Assembly: GCA_000025185.1 (NCBI GenBank)
Contig: CP001848.1
Span: 5,520,001 to 5,552,000 of the forward strand
Direction: 5' to 3'
Length of the DNA: 32,000 bases
Source of the DNA: Pirellula staleyi DSM 6068
GTDB taxonomy: Bacteria; Planctomycetota; Planctomycetia; Pirellulales; Pirellulaceae
In this document: one piece after another, positions 17,969 to 26,744 of the stretch
Numbering within the stretch: position 1 is the first letter of the stretch
Layout: every line of letters starts with the position of its first letter
Program-made: the position numbers and the translations under genes
The notes under the pieces: model-generated
Database searches by the model: none
What the model saw: the letters and a program-made list of their open reading frames with translations, nothing else
What the model was told of the DNA's origin: nothing

Positions 17969-18628
17969 ATGGCCTCGTCGCGCACTTCTCCCGTGCCTAA
18001 GCCCCGCACGCCTCGGTTTACCCTCGCCGGCATCGCTACGCTGGCGGCGATCCTGGTCGTCATGTTCGTGCTCGATCGGGCCGGGATCGTGCAGGTGAAC
18101 TGGGGAAAATTCGATCAGCTCCTCACTTCTGCACCTGAGGATCCCGCCGCCGACGACGCTTCGGCCGACAGCAGCGTCGACGACCAGCTTGATGCTACGC
18201 CCGAAACTACCACGCAGAAGCGTCCCAACGTCCGTACGATCGAGAAGTCAAAGCCGCTCGAGAAACCGGCCCCGACGCCTCCTCCCAGCACCGAGCGCGA
18301 CAGCCAACTGACGACGCTGATCGAGGATGTGACGATCACCGATCAATCGGGGCGAGTGGTTTTTCGGGGCGATGTCGATCTCTCGGAAACCCTCGAGCGG
18401 ATCGATCGCGGGGAAGAATTGCCGCAATATCGCAACGACGGAATCGTGTTCCAAAATCGCGAGCGCCGGCTCCCGAGCAAACGACGGGGGCACTATCGCG
18501 AATGGGTCCACCCGACGCCACGCCTCGGCGGCCCTGGCCCGCAGCGGATCGTTTCGGGTGAAGATGGGGAACGCTACTACACAGCCGACCATTACGAAAC
18601 GTTCCAGCGCCTCGATCGGGCCGATTAG
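17969..18628 (+). CDS. Membrane-anchored guanyl-specific ribonuclease (RNase Sa / N1-T1-barnase superfamily)
   Basis: ORF 17837..18628, start at ATG 17969 (MASSRTSPVPKPRTPRFTLAGIATLAAILVVMFVL = one TM). The C-terminus DGIVFQNRERRLPSKRRGHYREWVHPTP....GPQRIVSGEDGERYYTADHYETFQRLD aligns with RNase Sa DGVVFQNRESVLP..YYHEYTVITP..GTRRIICGE...YYTGDHYATFSLID. Confidence 0.9.
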   Translation: MASSRTSPVPKPRTPRFTLAGIATLAAILVVMFVLDRAGIVQVNWGKFDQLLTSAPEDPAADDASADSSVDDQLDATPETTTQKRPNVRTIEKSKPLEKPAPTPPPSTERDSQLTTLIEDVTITDQSGRVVFRGDVDLSETLERIDRGEELPQYRNDGIVFQNRERRLPSKRRGHYREWVHPTPRLGGPGPQRIVSGEDGERYYTADHYETFQRLDRAD

Positions 18629-18744
18629 AGCGCAGCTCACGCACTAGCCAACGGCCACGCACTCGATCGATAGACGCTCCCTTGCATCCCTCGACACCAA
18701 TCTCGCCCCACCAATCACGACTTTCGCCACGAGACTTCCCACGC

Positions 18745-19125
18745 ATGTTTGTCTACCGCGATACGGCTGATGATTCTGCTGAATCGAGCTCCGAAGCGAG
18801 CCGCGACAAGTTCGTGGCCCGTTTACCCGCCGGGCTCCGTAGTAAGCAGAAGTTGCTGCGGGCCCTCGCCACGAAACTTCAGCTCCCCCACTACTTCGGG
18901 CAAAACTGGGACGCGCTCGAAGAATGTCTGGCCGATTTTTCTTGGTTCCCGCAGAAAAAAATCGAGCTCGTGCATGCCGACCTGCCGCTCTACACCGGGG
19001 GCGATCAACTCGGGATTTATTTGAGTGTTCTGGCCTCCGCTTGCGAGCGCTGCGAGCGGTTAACGGTGATCTTTCCCACCTCGGCGAGGCAGGAGGTTGA
19101 AGAGACCCTCGCCGGCGAGCGATAA
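18745..19125 (+). CDS. Barstar-family ribonuclease inhibitor (cognate immunity protein)
   Basis: ORF 18682..19125, start at ATG 18745. LPHYFGQNWDALEECLADFSW matches the barstar core LPEYYGENLDALWDCLTG. Located immediately downstream of the RNase gene. Confidence 0.85.
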   Translation: MFVYRDTADDSAESSSEASRDKFVARLPAGLRSKQKLLRALATKLQLPHYFGQNWDALEECLADFSWFPQKKIELVHADLPLYTGGDQLGIYLSVLASACERCERLTVIFPTSARQEVEETLAGER

Positions 19126-19289
19126 CGGCCCGCCAGCCGCCGAGCAGCCCCCTGCTACCTTGCGACCGCGCGTTGCAACCGGTAATTTTGAAGGTTTCCC
19201 CACTGCCCGTGCCTGGCCAAGTGGCCACACGCTGGAAGGCGTCGCCTTCGGCAGTCCTTTTCGTGTCCCTCTCCGGTAGTCACTGTGCC

Positions 19290-20555
19290 ATGACAGCCCC
19301 CGCCTGCGAGCAGCTGCCCGACAGCCAGCGGATTGTGATTACCGGCATCGGACTCACTTCTCCTAACGGCAACAACCTGACGGAGTTCCGTGCAGCTCTG
19401 CTGGCCGGCAAGAGCGGCGTGGTGCAGTACGAAATCCGCTACGTCGGCGACACACTGGCCGGTGTTTGCTCGTTCGACGCCCTCCGCTATCAGTCGAAAA
19501 AAGATATCCGCCGCGGCACCCGCGCAGGCAGCGTGGCGATCTACGCCTGCAACGAGTCGGTGCGTGATGCGGGGATCGATTTGGCCGCCATCGACCGCTC
19601 GAAAGTCGGTATCTATCTTGGAGTTACCGAGCACGGCAACGTCGAAACCGAGAACGAAATCTACGCCCTCAAAGGGTACGACTACGACGTCACTTACTGG
19701 TCGCACCACCATAATCCCCGCACCGTCGCTAACAATCCGGCGGGCGAAGCGGCCCTCAACATGGGGATCACCGGTCCGCACTACACCATCGGCGCCGCTT
19801 GTGCCGCTGGCAATGCAGGGCTGGTGCAAGGGGCACAGATGCTCCGCCTGGGGGACTGCGATCTCGCCCTGGCTGGTGGTGTGAGCGAAAGCATTCACAC
19901 TTTCGGCATTTTTGCGAGCTTCAAGAGCCAAGGGGCACTCGCCACCCACACCGATCCGACCAAGGCTTCCCGCCCGTTCGACGTCGCTCGTAACGGCATC
20001 GTCGTCGCCGAAGGAGGCTGTGTCTTCACGCTCGAGCGGCTGAGTGATGCCAAAGCCCGCGGCGCAAAGATCTATGCCGAACTGGCTGGCTACGCCATCA
20101 ACACCGACGCCACCGATTTCGTCCTCCCGAACCCCGAGCGGCAGGCAGAGTGCGTCGAACTGGCCCTGAAACGTGCCGGACTCACCGCGAGCGATATTGA
20201 TATCGTCAGCACCCACGCCACTGGCACCGGCCAAGGGGACACGCAGGAATGCGAAGCCCTACGCAAAGTCTTCGCTTCCAGCAACCGCACGCACTTTAAC
20301 AACACCAAGAGCTTCATCGGTCACGCGATGGGGGCTGCTGGCGCCCTGGAACTGGCAGGCAACTTGCCATCGTTTGTCGATGGCATCTGCCACCCCACGA
20401 TTAACGTTGACGAGCTCGACCCCGATTGTGCACTCACCACCCTCGTCTCGGGCACACCTCGCGAAATCGGCAAAGTTCGTTATATTTTGAATAACTCGTT
20501 TGGCATGCTTGGCATAAACTCGGTGGTGATCGTCGCTCGCTATGACGACAAGTGA
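19290..20555 (+). CDS. Beta-ketoacyl-ACP synthase I/II family (FabF/FabB-like elongating KAS)
   Basis: ORF 19173..20555, start at ATG 19290 (MTAPACEQLPDSQRIVITGIGLTSPNG). Cys-His-His triad contexts GAACAAG, STHATGT and GHAMGAAG. Confidence 0.9.
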   Translation: MTAPACEQLPDSQRIVITGIGLTSPNGNNLTEFRAALLAGKSGVVQYEIRYVGDTLAGVCSFDALRYQSKKDIRRGTRAGSVAIYACNESVRDAGIDLAAIDRSKVGIYLGVTEHGNVETENEIYALKGYDYDVTYWSHHHNPRTVANNPAGEAALNMGITGPHYTIGAACAAGNAGLVQGAQMLRLGDCDLALAGGVSESIHTFGIFASFKSQGALATHTDPTKASRPFDVARNGIVVAEGGCVFTLERLSDAKARGAKIYAELAGYAINTDATDFVLPNPERQAECVELALKRAGLTASDIDIVSTHATGTGQGDTQECEALRKVFASSNRTHFNNTKSFIGHAMGAAGALELAGNLPSFVDGICHPTINVDELDPDCALTTLVSGTPREIGKVRYILNNSFGMLGINSVVIVARYDDK

Positions 20556-20605
20556 TCCGCCGCTGAACTGAACCTTATCGACCGTTTTTCGGAGACTGGC
20601 ATTTC

Positions 20606-20866
20606 ATGACTCCCGCTGAAATCCGCGAGGAAATCCTCGACATTCTGTCCGACATTGCCCCCGATGAGGATCTCAGCGGACTGGTCGATGAAAAAGCGTT
20701 TCGCGAACAGCTCGAACTCGACAGCATGGACTTCCTCGATATCGTGATGGAACTCCGCAAGCGCCATCGCATTCAGATTCCCGAAGAAGACTATAAGAAT
20801 CTCGCGAGCATGCATTCCACCGTCACCTATCTTGAACCCAAGATGAAGGACATCGTGAAGAAGTAG
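20606..20866 (+). CDS. Acyl carrier protein (dedicated, non-AcpP type)
   Basis: 86 aa. Phosphopantetheine attachment context ELDSMDFLDIV. Small acidic 4-helix pattern. Confidence 0.85.
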   Translation: MTPAEIREEILDILSDIAPDEDLSGLVDEKAFREQLELDSMDFLDIVMELRKRHRIQIPEEDYKNLASMHSTVTYLEPKMKDIVKK

Positions 20867-20978
20867 GAGCCGCGAGTTTCTGGGCGACCGCTGGCGAAGA
20901 AATTCCCCGCCGTCGCCAGCGACTCCCTTGTTGCTCGCTGCGATGCTCTCTCGCTTCCGATATTGCGAGCCACCGGCT

Positions 20979-22448
20979 ATGACCGCTTCCGATACGCCGC
21001 CCGCCGCGAGCCCCAGCGAGTCGACCGCTCCCGCACTTGCGACCACGATTGACGGCAAAAACGCCTACGACACCATTATCATCGGCGCCGGGATGTCGGG
21101 CCTCGCTGCCGGCATTCGCCTGGCCTACTACGACCAAAAAGTGTGCGTCCTCGAGCGTCACACCACCATCGGCGGCCTGAACTCTTTCTACCGCCTCCGG
21201 GGTCGCGACTACGATGTCGGCCTGCATGCCCTCACCAATTTCACCCCCCGCGGCGCGAAAAAAGGGCCTCTCGCGCGGCTGCTTCGACAGCTCCGCTTTC
21301 AGTGGGACGATTTCGCCCTCGCACCCCAAATCGGGTCGAGCATCGCCTTCCCCGGCGTGCAGCTGAAGTTCAACAACGATCCCGCGCTCCTCGAAGCCGA
21401 AATCGCTGCCCGCTTTCCTCATCAAAAAGATCACTACCAAAAGCTCCTCGGAAAAATTGTCGACTACGACGATCTGAACCAAGAGCTATTCGAACTTTCG
21501 GCCCGCACCGTCCTGGCCGAAACCATCACCGATCCGCTGCTGATCGAAATGCTCCTCTGCCCCCTCATGTGGTACGGCAACGCCCGTGAAGACGACATGG
21601 ACTGGGGTCAGTTTTGCATCATGTTTCGCAGCATCTTCCTGGAAGGAATGGCGCGGCCCCATGCCGGCGTTCGTCTGATTCTGAAGACGCTAGTGAAACG
21701 TTTTCGCGAACTCGGTGGTCAGCTCAAGCTGCGCAGCGGCGTGAAACGGATCCTCACCGACGGCCATCGCGCTGTGGGGGTCGAACTCGAGAATGGCGAG
21801 CACCTCACCGCCCGCAACATTCTTTCGTCGGCCGGTTCGGTGGAAACGATGCGGATGTGCGACGACGTCCCTCGACTCGCCCCCGATAAAGCGGGGCAGC
21901 TCAGCTTTTGCGAGTCGATCAGCATCCTGGCGAAAGAACCCAAATCGCTCGGCCACGACCGCACGATTGTGTTCTACAACGACAGCGAAAAATTTCACTG
22001 GCGACGCCCCACGAGCGACCTCTGCGATGTTCGGACCGGTGTCGTCTGCTCGCCGAACAATTTTGAATATGCCGCCAGCGATGCGCCGCTCGCCGATGGC
22101 GTGGTCCGCATCACCGCCATTGCCGACTTCGGCCGCTGGCAAACGCTCACCCCCGACGAGTATCGCCTCGCGAAGCTCCGCTGGTACGATCGACTGGTCG
22201 CCTCCGCCGTCCGTTTTGTTCCCGACTATCGCAGCCAGGTGATCGACACCGACATGTTCACCCCCAACACGATCCGCCGCTTCACCTGGCACGACAACGG
22301 CGCGGTTTACGGGGCCCCTCAGAAAAAACTCGACGGCCGCACCCATCTCGATGGGTTGTTTTTGTGCGGCACCGACCAAGGATATGTCGGCATCATCGGC
22401 TCGATCATGAGTGGCATCGGCATGGCCAACATGCACTGCCTCAAATAG
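20979..22448 (+). CDS. NAD(P)/FAD-dependent oxidoreductase, phytoene-desaturase (CrtI)/amine-oxidase family, copy 1
   Basis: ORF 20928..22448, start uncertain (ATG 20979 chosen). Dinucleotide fold YDTIIIGAGMSGLAAGIRLA..KVCVLERHTTIGG. C-terminal GLFLCGTDQ..GIIGSIMSG is typical of the family. Confidence 0.8.
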   Translation: MTASDTPPAASPSESTAPALATTIDGKNAYDTIIIGAGMSGLAAGIRLAYYDQKVCVLERHTTIGGLNSFYRLRGRDYDVGLHALTNFTPRGAKKGPLARLLRQLRFQWDDFALAPQIGSSIAFPGVQLKFNNDPALLEAEIAARFPHQKDHYQKLLGKIVDYDDLNQELFELSARTVLAETITDPLLIEMLLCPLMWYGNAREDDMDWGQFCIMFRSIFLEGMARPHAGVRLILKTLVKRFRELGGQLKLRSGVKRILTDGHRAVGVELENGEHLTARNILSSAGSVETMRMCDDVPRLAPDKAGQLSFCESISILAKEPKSLGHDRTIVFYNDSEKFHWRRPTSDLCDVRTGVVCSPNNFEYAASDAPLADGVVRITAIADFGRWQTLTPDEYRLAKLRWYDRLVASAVRFVPDYRSQVIDTDMFTPNTIRRFTWHDNGAVYGAPQKKLDGRTHLDGLFLCGTDQGYVGIIGSIMSGIGMANMHCLK

Positions 22449-22543
22449 CAGCGGCAGAACACTCGCCGATCGTTCCGGCCCCGGCTCCCGCTTGATCGCT
22501 GAGCCTCGTCAGCACCATTTCCAGCTAGAACCATTTTTCAGAT

Positions 22544-23989
22544 ATGCCAAAAGACTTTCTCAAAGATGCCCGCGATGAGTACGACGTGGTCGTGATCGGC
22601 AGCGGTCTCGCGGGGCTCACAGCTGCGAATATCTTGGGCCGCGCTGGCTATCGCGTGATGCTCGCCGAACAGCACTACAAACTCGGCGGCATGGCCACCT
22701 GGTTCAAACGTCCCGGCGGTCACATCTTCGACGTTTCGCTCCACGGCTTTCCCTACGGCATGATCAAATCGTGTCGCCGCTACTGGACCAAGGAAATCGC
22801 CGACTCGATCGTACAGCTCAAAGCGATTCGCTTCGACAACCCGATGTTCTCGCTCACCACGAGCTACGATCGCGAGGACTTCACGAATTTGCTCACCACC
22901 AAGTTTGGCATCGCGCCACAAACGGTGAATGACTTTTTCGATGCCGCGCGAAACATGAATTTCTACGACGATCAGTCGATGACCACCGGTCAGCTGTTCG
23001 AGCGATTCTTTCCCGGTCGCCAAGATGTGGTCCGGCTGTTGATGGAGCCGATTGTCTACGCCAACGGCAGCACGCTTGAAGACCCCGCCATCACCTACGG
23101 CATCGTCTTTTCGAACTTCATGTCCAAAGGGGTCTTCACGTTCGAAGGGGGAACCGATCGCCTCGTCGAGCTGATGCATCAAGACCTGCTCAAAAGCGGC
23201 GTCGATGTCCGAATCAAATGCAACGTCGAAAAAATCAATGTCGAGCAAGGCTCGGTCCGAAGCGTGCAAATCAATGGCCGGACGATCAAGACGCGCGCAG
23301 TGGTTTCGAATTCGAACTTGAAGGCCACGATTCTGAAGCTCGTGGGGCCTGAACATTTCGATCGAAAGTTTCTCGACGACACGCAAGCGGTGCGGCTCAA
23401 CAACAGCAGCACCCAGGTCTACATCGGCATGAAACCGGACGAGCTGATCGACGAGAGCATGGGAGATCTGTTCTTCACGTCGACCGCCAAAGAGTTTCGG
23501 ACCGATCTGCTCCTCAGCCGCGATGTCACGAGCCGGACCTACTCGTTTTATTATCCGCGCACTCGTCCGCAAGGACGTCCCCGCTGCTTGATCGTGTCGA
23601 GCACCAACGCTCACTACAGCGACTGGGCCACGCTCGACGAAGCAGCGTACGAAGCGAGCAAACAAGAGCTGATCGAGAGTACGCTCGACCATCTCGATCA
23701 GTACGTGCCGAACATTCGCCAGCGGCTCGATCACGTCGAAGCTTCGACCCCCAAGACGTTTCAGCACTACACAGCGCATGTCGAAGGGGCCAGCTTTGGG
23801 ACCAAGTTCGAGGGGCTGGCTGTCAGCCGCGCGCTCCCCGAGCAAGTGCGCGGGCTCTATCACGCGGGAAGTGTCGGCATCATCATGTCGGGCTGGCTCG
23901 GCGCGATTAATTATGGGGTGATCGTCGCCAGCAGCGTCGATGCGCAGCTCATGAAAGCTCCCGACACCTCGGCGACGGTCGAGCTGTAG
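22544..23989 (+). CDS. NAD(P)/FAD-dependent oxidoreductase, phytoene-desaturase (CrtI)/amine-oxidase family, copy 2
   Basis: [38 protein letters not shown]-terminal [18 protein letters not shown]. The minus-strand ORF 22538..23863 is a codon-aligned shadow. Confidence 0.8.
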   Translation: MPKDFLKDARDEYDVVVIGSGLAGLTAANILGRAGYRVMLAEQHYKLGGMATWFKRPGGHIFDVSLHGFPYGMIKSCRRYWTKEIADSIVQLKAIRFDNPMFSLTTSYDREDFTNLLTTKFGIAPQTVNDFFDAARNMNFYDDQSMTTGQLFERFFPGRQDVVRLLMEPIVYANGSTLEDPAITYGIVFSNFMSKGVFTFEGGTDRLVELMHQDLLKSGVDVRIKCNVEKINVEQGSVRSVQINGRTIKTRAVVSNSNLKATILKLVGPEHFDRKFLDDTQAVRLNNSSTQVYIGMKPDELIDESMGDLFFTSTAKEFRTDLLLSRDVTSRTYSFYYPRTRPQGRPRCLIVSSTNAHYSDWATLDEAAYEASKQELIESTLDHLDQYVPNIRQRLDHVEASTPKTFQHYTAHVEGASFGTKFEGLAVSRALPEQVRGLYHAGSVGIIMSGWLGAINYGVIVASSVDAQLMKAPDTSATVEL

Positions 23990-24034
23990 CGATCCCCTTT
24001 TTCACTTCCCCCTTTTGCCTCGAGATACTCTCCG

Positions 24035-24466
24035 ATGACGCTCGCTCAAATCCATGCTGCGATCCCTCACCGCCCGCCGATGCTGCTCGTCGACGAGGTT
24101 GTTTTGTGGGAGCCCGAGCGGATTGTTTGTAAAAAAACGCTCTCGGGGGAGGAGTTCTTTTTTCAAGGTCACTACCCAGGCTTTCCGCTGATGCCGGGGG
24201 TGATGATGTGCGAAGCGAGCTTGCAAACCGGGGCTGTGCTGATGAGCAAAATCCATCCCGACGATGGATCGGGAGGAGTTCCGGTCGCCACTCGCTTAAA
24301 CGACGTGAAATTCAAGCGAATGGTTCGGCCGGGTGACACGATCGAAATCGACGTGAAGCTCGACGAGCGTTTGGGGGATGCTTACTTCCTGTCGTCGAAG
24401 GTCACCTGTGGCGGCAAAGTGACCGCGACGCTGTCGTTTGCCGTGACGATCACCAAGGTGGCTTAA
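24035..24466 (+). CDS. fabZ: 3-hydroxyacyl-ACP dehydratase, FabZ family
   Basis: IPHRPPMLLVDEVV...FFFQGHYPGFPLMPGVMMCEASLQTG aligns with E. coli FabZ LPHRYPFLLVDRV...[24 protein letters not shown] (catalytic His and Glu present). Confidence 0.9.
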   Translation: MTLAQIHAAIPHRPPMLLVDEVVLWEPERIVCKKTLSGEEFFFQGHYPGFPLMPGVMMCEASLQTGAVLMSKIHPDDGSGGVPVATRLNDVKFKRMVRPGDTIEIDVKLDERLGDAYFLSSKVTCGGKVTATLSFAVTITKVA

Positions 24467-25273
24467 ATGGACTTCCTCAAGCTCAGCGGAAAGCGGTTTT
24501 TGATTTTCGGTGTCGCCAACAAAAAAAGTGTCGCGGCGGCGATCACCAAATCACTTCTCGAATGTGGCAGTCTGGTGACGCTGGTGGTGCGCAGCGTAGC
24601 GCGGCGCGAACAAGTTGCCAAGCTCTTTCCGGCGTGCGAAGTGCTGGTCTGTGACGTCGAGTTCGAAGATCAAATCGCGCAGCTAGCTGCCGAACTTTCG
24701 TCGCGTGAAGAAGTATTCGACGGCTTAGTGCATTCGCTCGCCTTTGCCGACTACAGCGACGGGATGAAGCCGTTTCACGAGACGCCCAAAAAGGCGTTTT
24801 TGCAGGCGGTTGATATCTCGTGCTACTCGCTCACCGCTCTTTGCAACGCGCTGAAAAACAAGCTCGCCCACGATGCGTCGGTCGTGACGATTTCGATCAG
24901 CACGACGAAGATGGCGAGCGAGAACTACGGCTATATGGCGCCGATTAAAGCGGCGCTCGATTCGTCGATTGCGTTCCTTACCAAGTCGTTCAGCCGATTT
25001 TCCAAAGTCCGCTTCAACACAGTCTCTCCGGGACTGCTGAAGACGAGCGCGTCGGCGGGGATCCCCGGGTATGTCGATTCGTACTTGTACGCCGAGCAAG
25101 TGATTCCGCGAAAAAAGGCGGTCGAGACGCAGGAAGCGGCCGATGTGGCGGTGTTTTTGCTCAGCCCACGTTCAAGCGGCATCGTGGCGCAGTCGCTGGT
25201 GGTCGATGCCGGCATGAGCATCAATTATTTCGACGCCGACATCATCAGCCGCGCGATGAAGAGCGAGTCGTAG
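24467..25273 (+). CDS. fabI: Enoyl-ACP reductase, FabI-type SDR
   Basis: [48 protein letters not shown] (Tyr-x6-Lys), [18 protein letters not shown]. Collinear with E. coli FabI. The ATG directly abuts the fabZ TAA (gcttaaATG). Confidence 0.85.
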   Translation: MDFLKLSGKRFLIFGVANKKSVAAAITKSLLECGSLVTLVVRSVARREQVAKLFPACEVLVCDVEFEDQIAQLAAELSSREEVFDGLVHSLAFADYSDGMKPFHETPKKAFLQAVDISCYSLTALCNALKNKLAHDASVVTISISTTKMASENYGYMAPIKAALDSSIAFLTKSFSRFSKVRFNTVSPGLLKTSASAGIPGYVDSYLYAEQVIPRKKAVETQEAADVAVFLLSPRSSGIVAQSLVVDAGMSINYFDADIISRAMKSES

Positions 25274-25315
25274 CAAGCTTGACCAGTGCAGTGATTTTGT
25301 CCGGTGCAGCCGGAG

Positions 25316-25340
25316 CTACGACTTCGTTTATCGATCAATG
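25316..25340 (+). repeat. Direct repeat copy 1: CTACGACTTCGTTTATCGATCAATG
   Basis: Exact 25-nt match to 25516-25540, exactly 200 nt downstream. Confidence 0.95.
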
Positions 25341-25358
25341 TCAGGCGTTTTAGGGTGC

Positions 25359-25377
25359 CACTGGCATTTTGCCAGTG
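25359..25377. other. Hairpin H1 (CACTGGCA-ttt-TGCCAGTG)
   Basis: 8-bp perfect stem. It begins 43 nt after the start of direct-repeat copy 1. Confidence 0.8.
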
Positions 25378-25440
25378 CAGAAGCTGGAACCGATGTTTTG
25401 GGCAAAATCTGTCTGAAACATAGAACCTATTTACACTTCT

Positions 25441-25459
25441 CACTGGGCAGAGCCCAGTG
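25441..25459. other. Hairpin H2 (CACTGGGC-aga-GCCCAGTG)
   Basis: 8-bp perfect stem with the same CACTG...CAGTG core as H1 and H3. Confidence 0.8.
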
Positions 25460-25488
25460 GCACACTGGATGGAAGCCTGCTTATTGCT

Positions 25489-25513
25489 GCCTGACATTGA
25501 TCGTTAGACGAAG
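25489..25513 (-). repeat. Inverted copy of the repeat head (pairs with 25322-25346)
   Basis: GCCTGACATTGATCG (25489-25503) is the exact reverse complement of CGATCAATGTCAGGC (25332-25346). Extending the arms to 25 nt gives 23/25 complementarity, with 142 nt between them. Confidence 0.9.
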
Positions 25514-25515
25514 CA

Positions 25516-25540
25516 CTACGACTTCGTTTATCGATCAATG
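25516..25540 (+). repeat. Direct repeat copy 2: CTACGACTTCGTTTATCGATCAATG
   Basis: Exact match to copy 1. With the adjacent inverted copy it forms a palindrome, arms 25495-25513 and 25522-25540 (17/19), with an 8-nt spacer. Confidence 0.95.
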
Positions 25541-25558
25541 CCACGCAAAACTGGGTGG

Positions 25559-25581
25559 CACTGCTGGCTTGTCCAGCAGTG
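25559..25581. other. Hairpin H3 (CACTGCTGG-cttgt-CCAGCAGTG)
   Basis: 9-bp perfect stem. It begins 43 nt after the start of direct-repeat copy 2, the same offset as H1. Confidence 0.8.
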
Positions 25582-25664
25582 TGCAAAGCGAAGAAGCCCA
25601 AACTGTTTTGAGCTGCGCCAAGTACAGCCACACCGTCGCACCTAGGCTTAGCGCAGGTCAAGAT

Positions 25665-26744
25665 CTACGGAGAGACTAAAGCGGTTTTGCGGCGGGTGGA
25701 GAGGGTCGTTTGCCAGTCGACCGCCATCATCAGGCAGTTGATTCCTGAACCGATGCCGAGCCACGCCACGCGGTCGCCACGCGTCACAAAGTTCTCTTCG
25801 ACCGCGAGTGCCATGGCGAGTGGCAAAGCGACACTACCGGTGTTTCCCATCCAAGGAAACGTGGCGTAGTCGCGCTCCGCTGCCAGACCGAGCGACTGGA
25901 GCATCCGCGTGCGATGCGCGCCGCCAACCTGGTGGCAAATCGATTTGCTGATCACGTCGCGCGTGAGGCTGAGTTCGGCGAGAAAGTCGTCGAATGTCTC
26001 CCGGCCGGTTTCAAGCCCAGCGATGAGTAGCCGTTCGGAGTCGGTTTGCATCAGGATCGAATTGCCCGACTCCACTCCCCCTTCGCAAAGTTGATAGTGC
26101 TCGGTGTGAGCCCGGGCGGCGAAGCCGAGGAGCTTATTGCCGGTTCGGCTCAGCTTCTCGTGGACGAGAACGGCAGCGACACTGCCGGAACCGATCGTCA
26201 GGGAAGCGAACGCTGGTTTCACCGACTCGCGGGTGAGGGACTCGTTTCGATTGAGTTCGGCAATGGTGCTTTCCAGCAGCGAGCGCGAGTCTTCACTGCC
26301 GACGACAATGCCGGCGTCGATCTGTCCGATTTCGATCATCGTGGCAACTTGCGCTACGCCACTCAGGATGCCGAGACAGGCGTTCGACAAATCGTGGACG
26401 AGGCATTTTTTGGGAAGTCCCAGATTGTGGTGAACCCGGGCGGCTGTGGCCGGTTCGAGATAGTCGCGGCATACGCTGCCGTGAATGAGGACGCCGATGC
26501 GCGCGGGATCGACCCCTGTTTCGCGAATTGCATCGAGCCCGCTGGCGATGCTGTGATCGCTGGGCCGAGTTCCCCGGGGCCAGAGCCGACGCTCGCGAAT
26601 CCCCGACATCAGTTCGAGCCGACCTTCGGGCAACCGAAGCCGGCTGTAGAGGGGCGCAAGCTGCCGCTCGATCTCGTCGCTGGAGATCGTTTCGGGGGGG
26701 AGCGAATAGCCAAAACCTTCGAGACACACCTTTTGATAGCGCAT
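25665..26744 (-). CDS. 3-oxoacyl-ACP synthase III family (FabH-like initiating KAS)
   Basis: ORF 25665..26855, start at ATG 26744 (MRYQKVCLEGFGYSLPPETISSDEIE). Cys-His-Asn contexts DLSNACLGILSG, HQVGGAH and MGNTGSVALP. Confidence 0.85.
   Translation of the reverse strand: MRYQKVCLEGFGYSLPPETISSDEIERQLAPLYSRLRLPEGRLELMSGIRERRLWPRGTRPSDHSIASGLDAIRETGVDPARIGVLIHGSVCRDYLEPATAARVHHNLGLPKKCLVHDLSNACLGILSGVAQVATMIEIGQIDAGIVVGSEDSRSLLESTIAELNRNESLTRESVKPAFASLTIGSGSVAAVLVHEKLSRTGNKLLGFAARAHTEHYQLCEGGVESGNSILMQTDSERLLIAGLETGRETFDDFLAELSLTRDVISKSICHQVGGAHRTRMLQSLGLAAERDYATFPWMGNTGSVALPLAMALAVEENFVTRGDRVAWLGIGSGINCLMMAVDWQTTLSTRRKTALVSP

Noticed and set aside
19235-19260. Weak hairpin GAAGGC-gtc-GCCTTC followed by TCCTTTT, downstream of barstar
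   Set aside because: Only a 6-bp stem with a 3-nt loop. This is too weak to call a terminator with any confidence.
19155-20234. 359-aa minus-strand ORF inside the KAS gene
   Set aside because: Codon-aligned shadow of 19290-20555 (+), which has the full Cys-His-His KAS signature.
22538-23863. 441-aa minus-strand ORF
   Set aside because: Codon-aligned shadow of 22544-23989 (+), which carries a clear FAD dinucleotide-binding motif.
25316-25540. Possible CRISPR array, considered because of the spaced identical repeats
   Set aside because: There are only two copies. The 200-nt period is far longer than any CRISPR repeat-spacer unit. The intervening sequences are themselves homologous and structured. 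No cas genes are in the window.
25225-25679. ORFs 25225..25497 (-) and 25338..25679 (+) in the FabI/KAS III gap
   Set aside because: They lie across the repeat and hairpin element. The composition is atypical, there is no ribosome-binding site, and the sequence is better explained as structured non-coding DNA/RNA.
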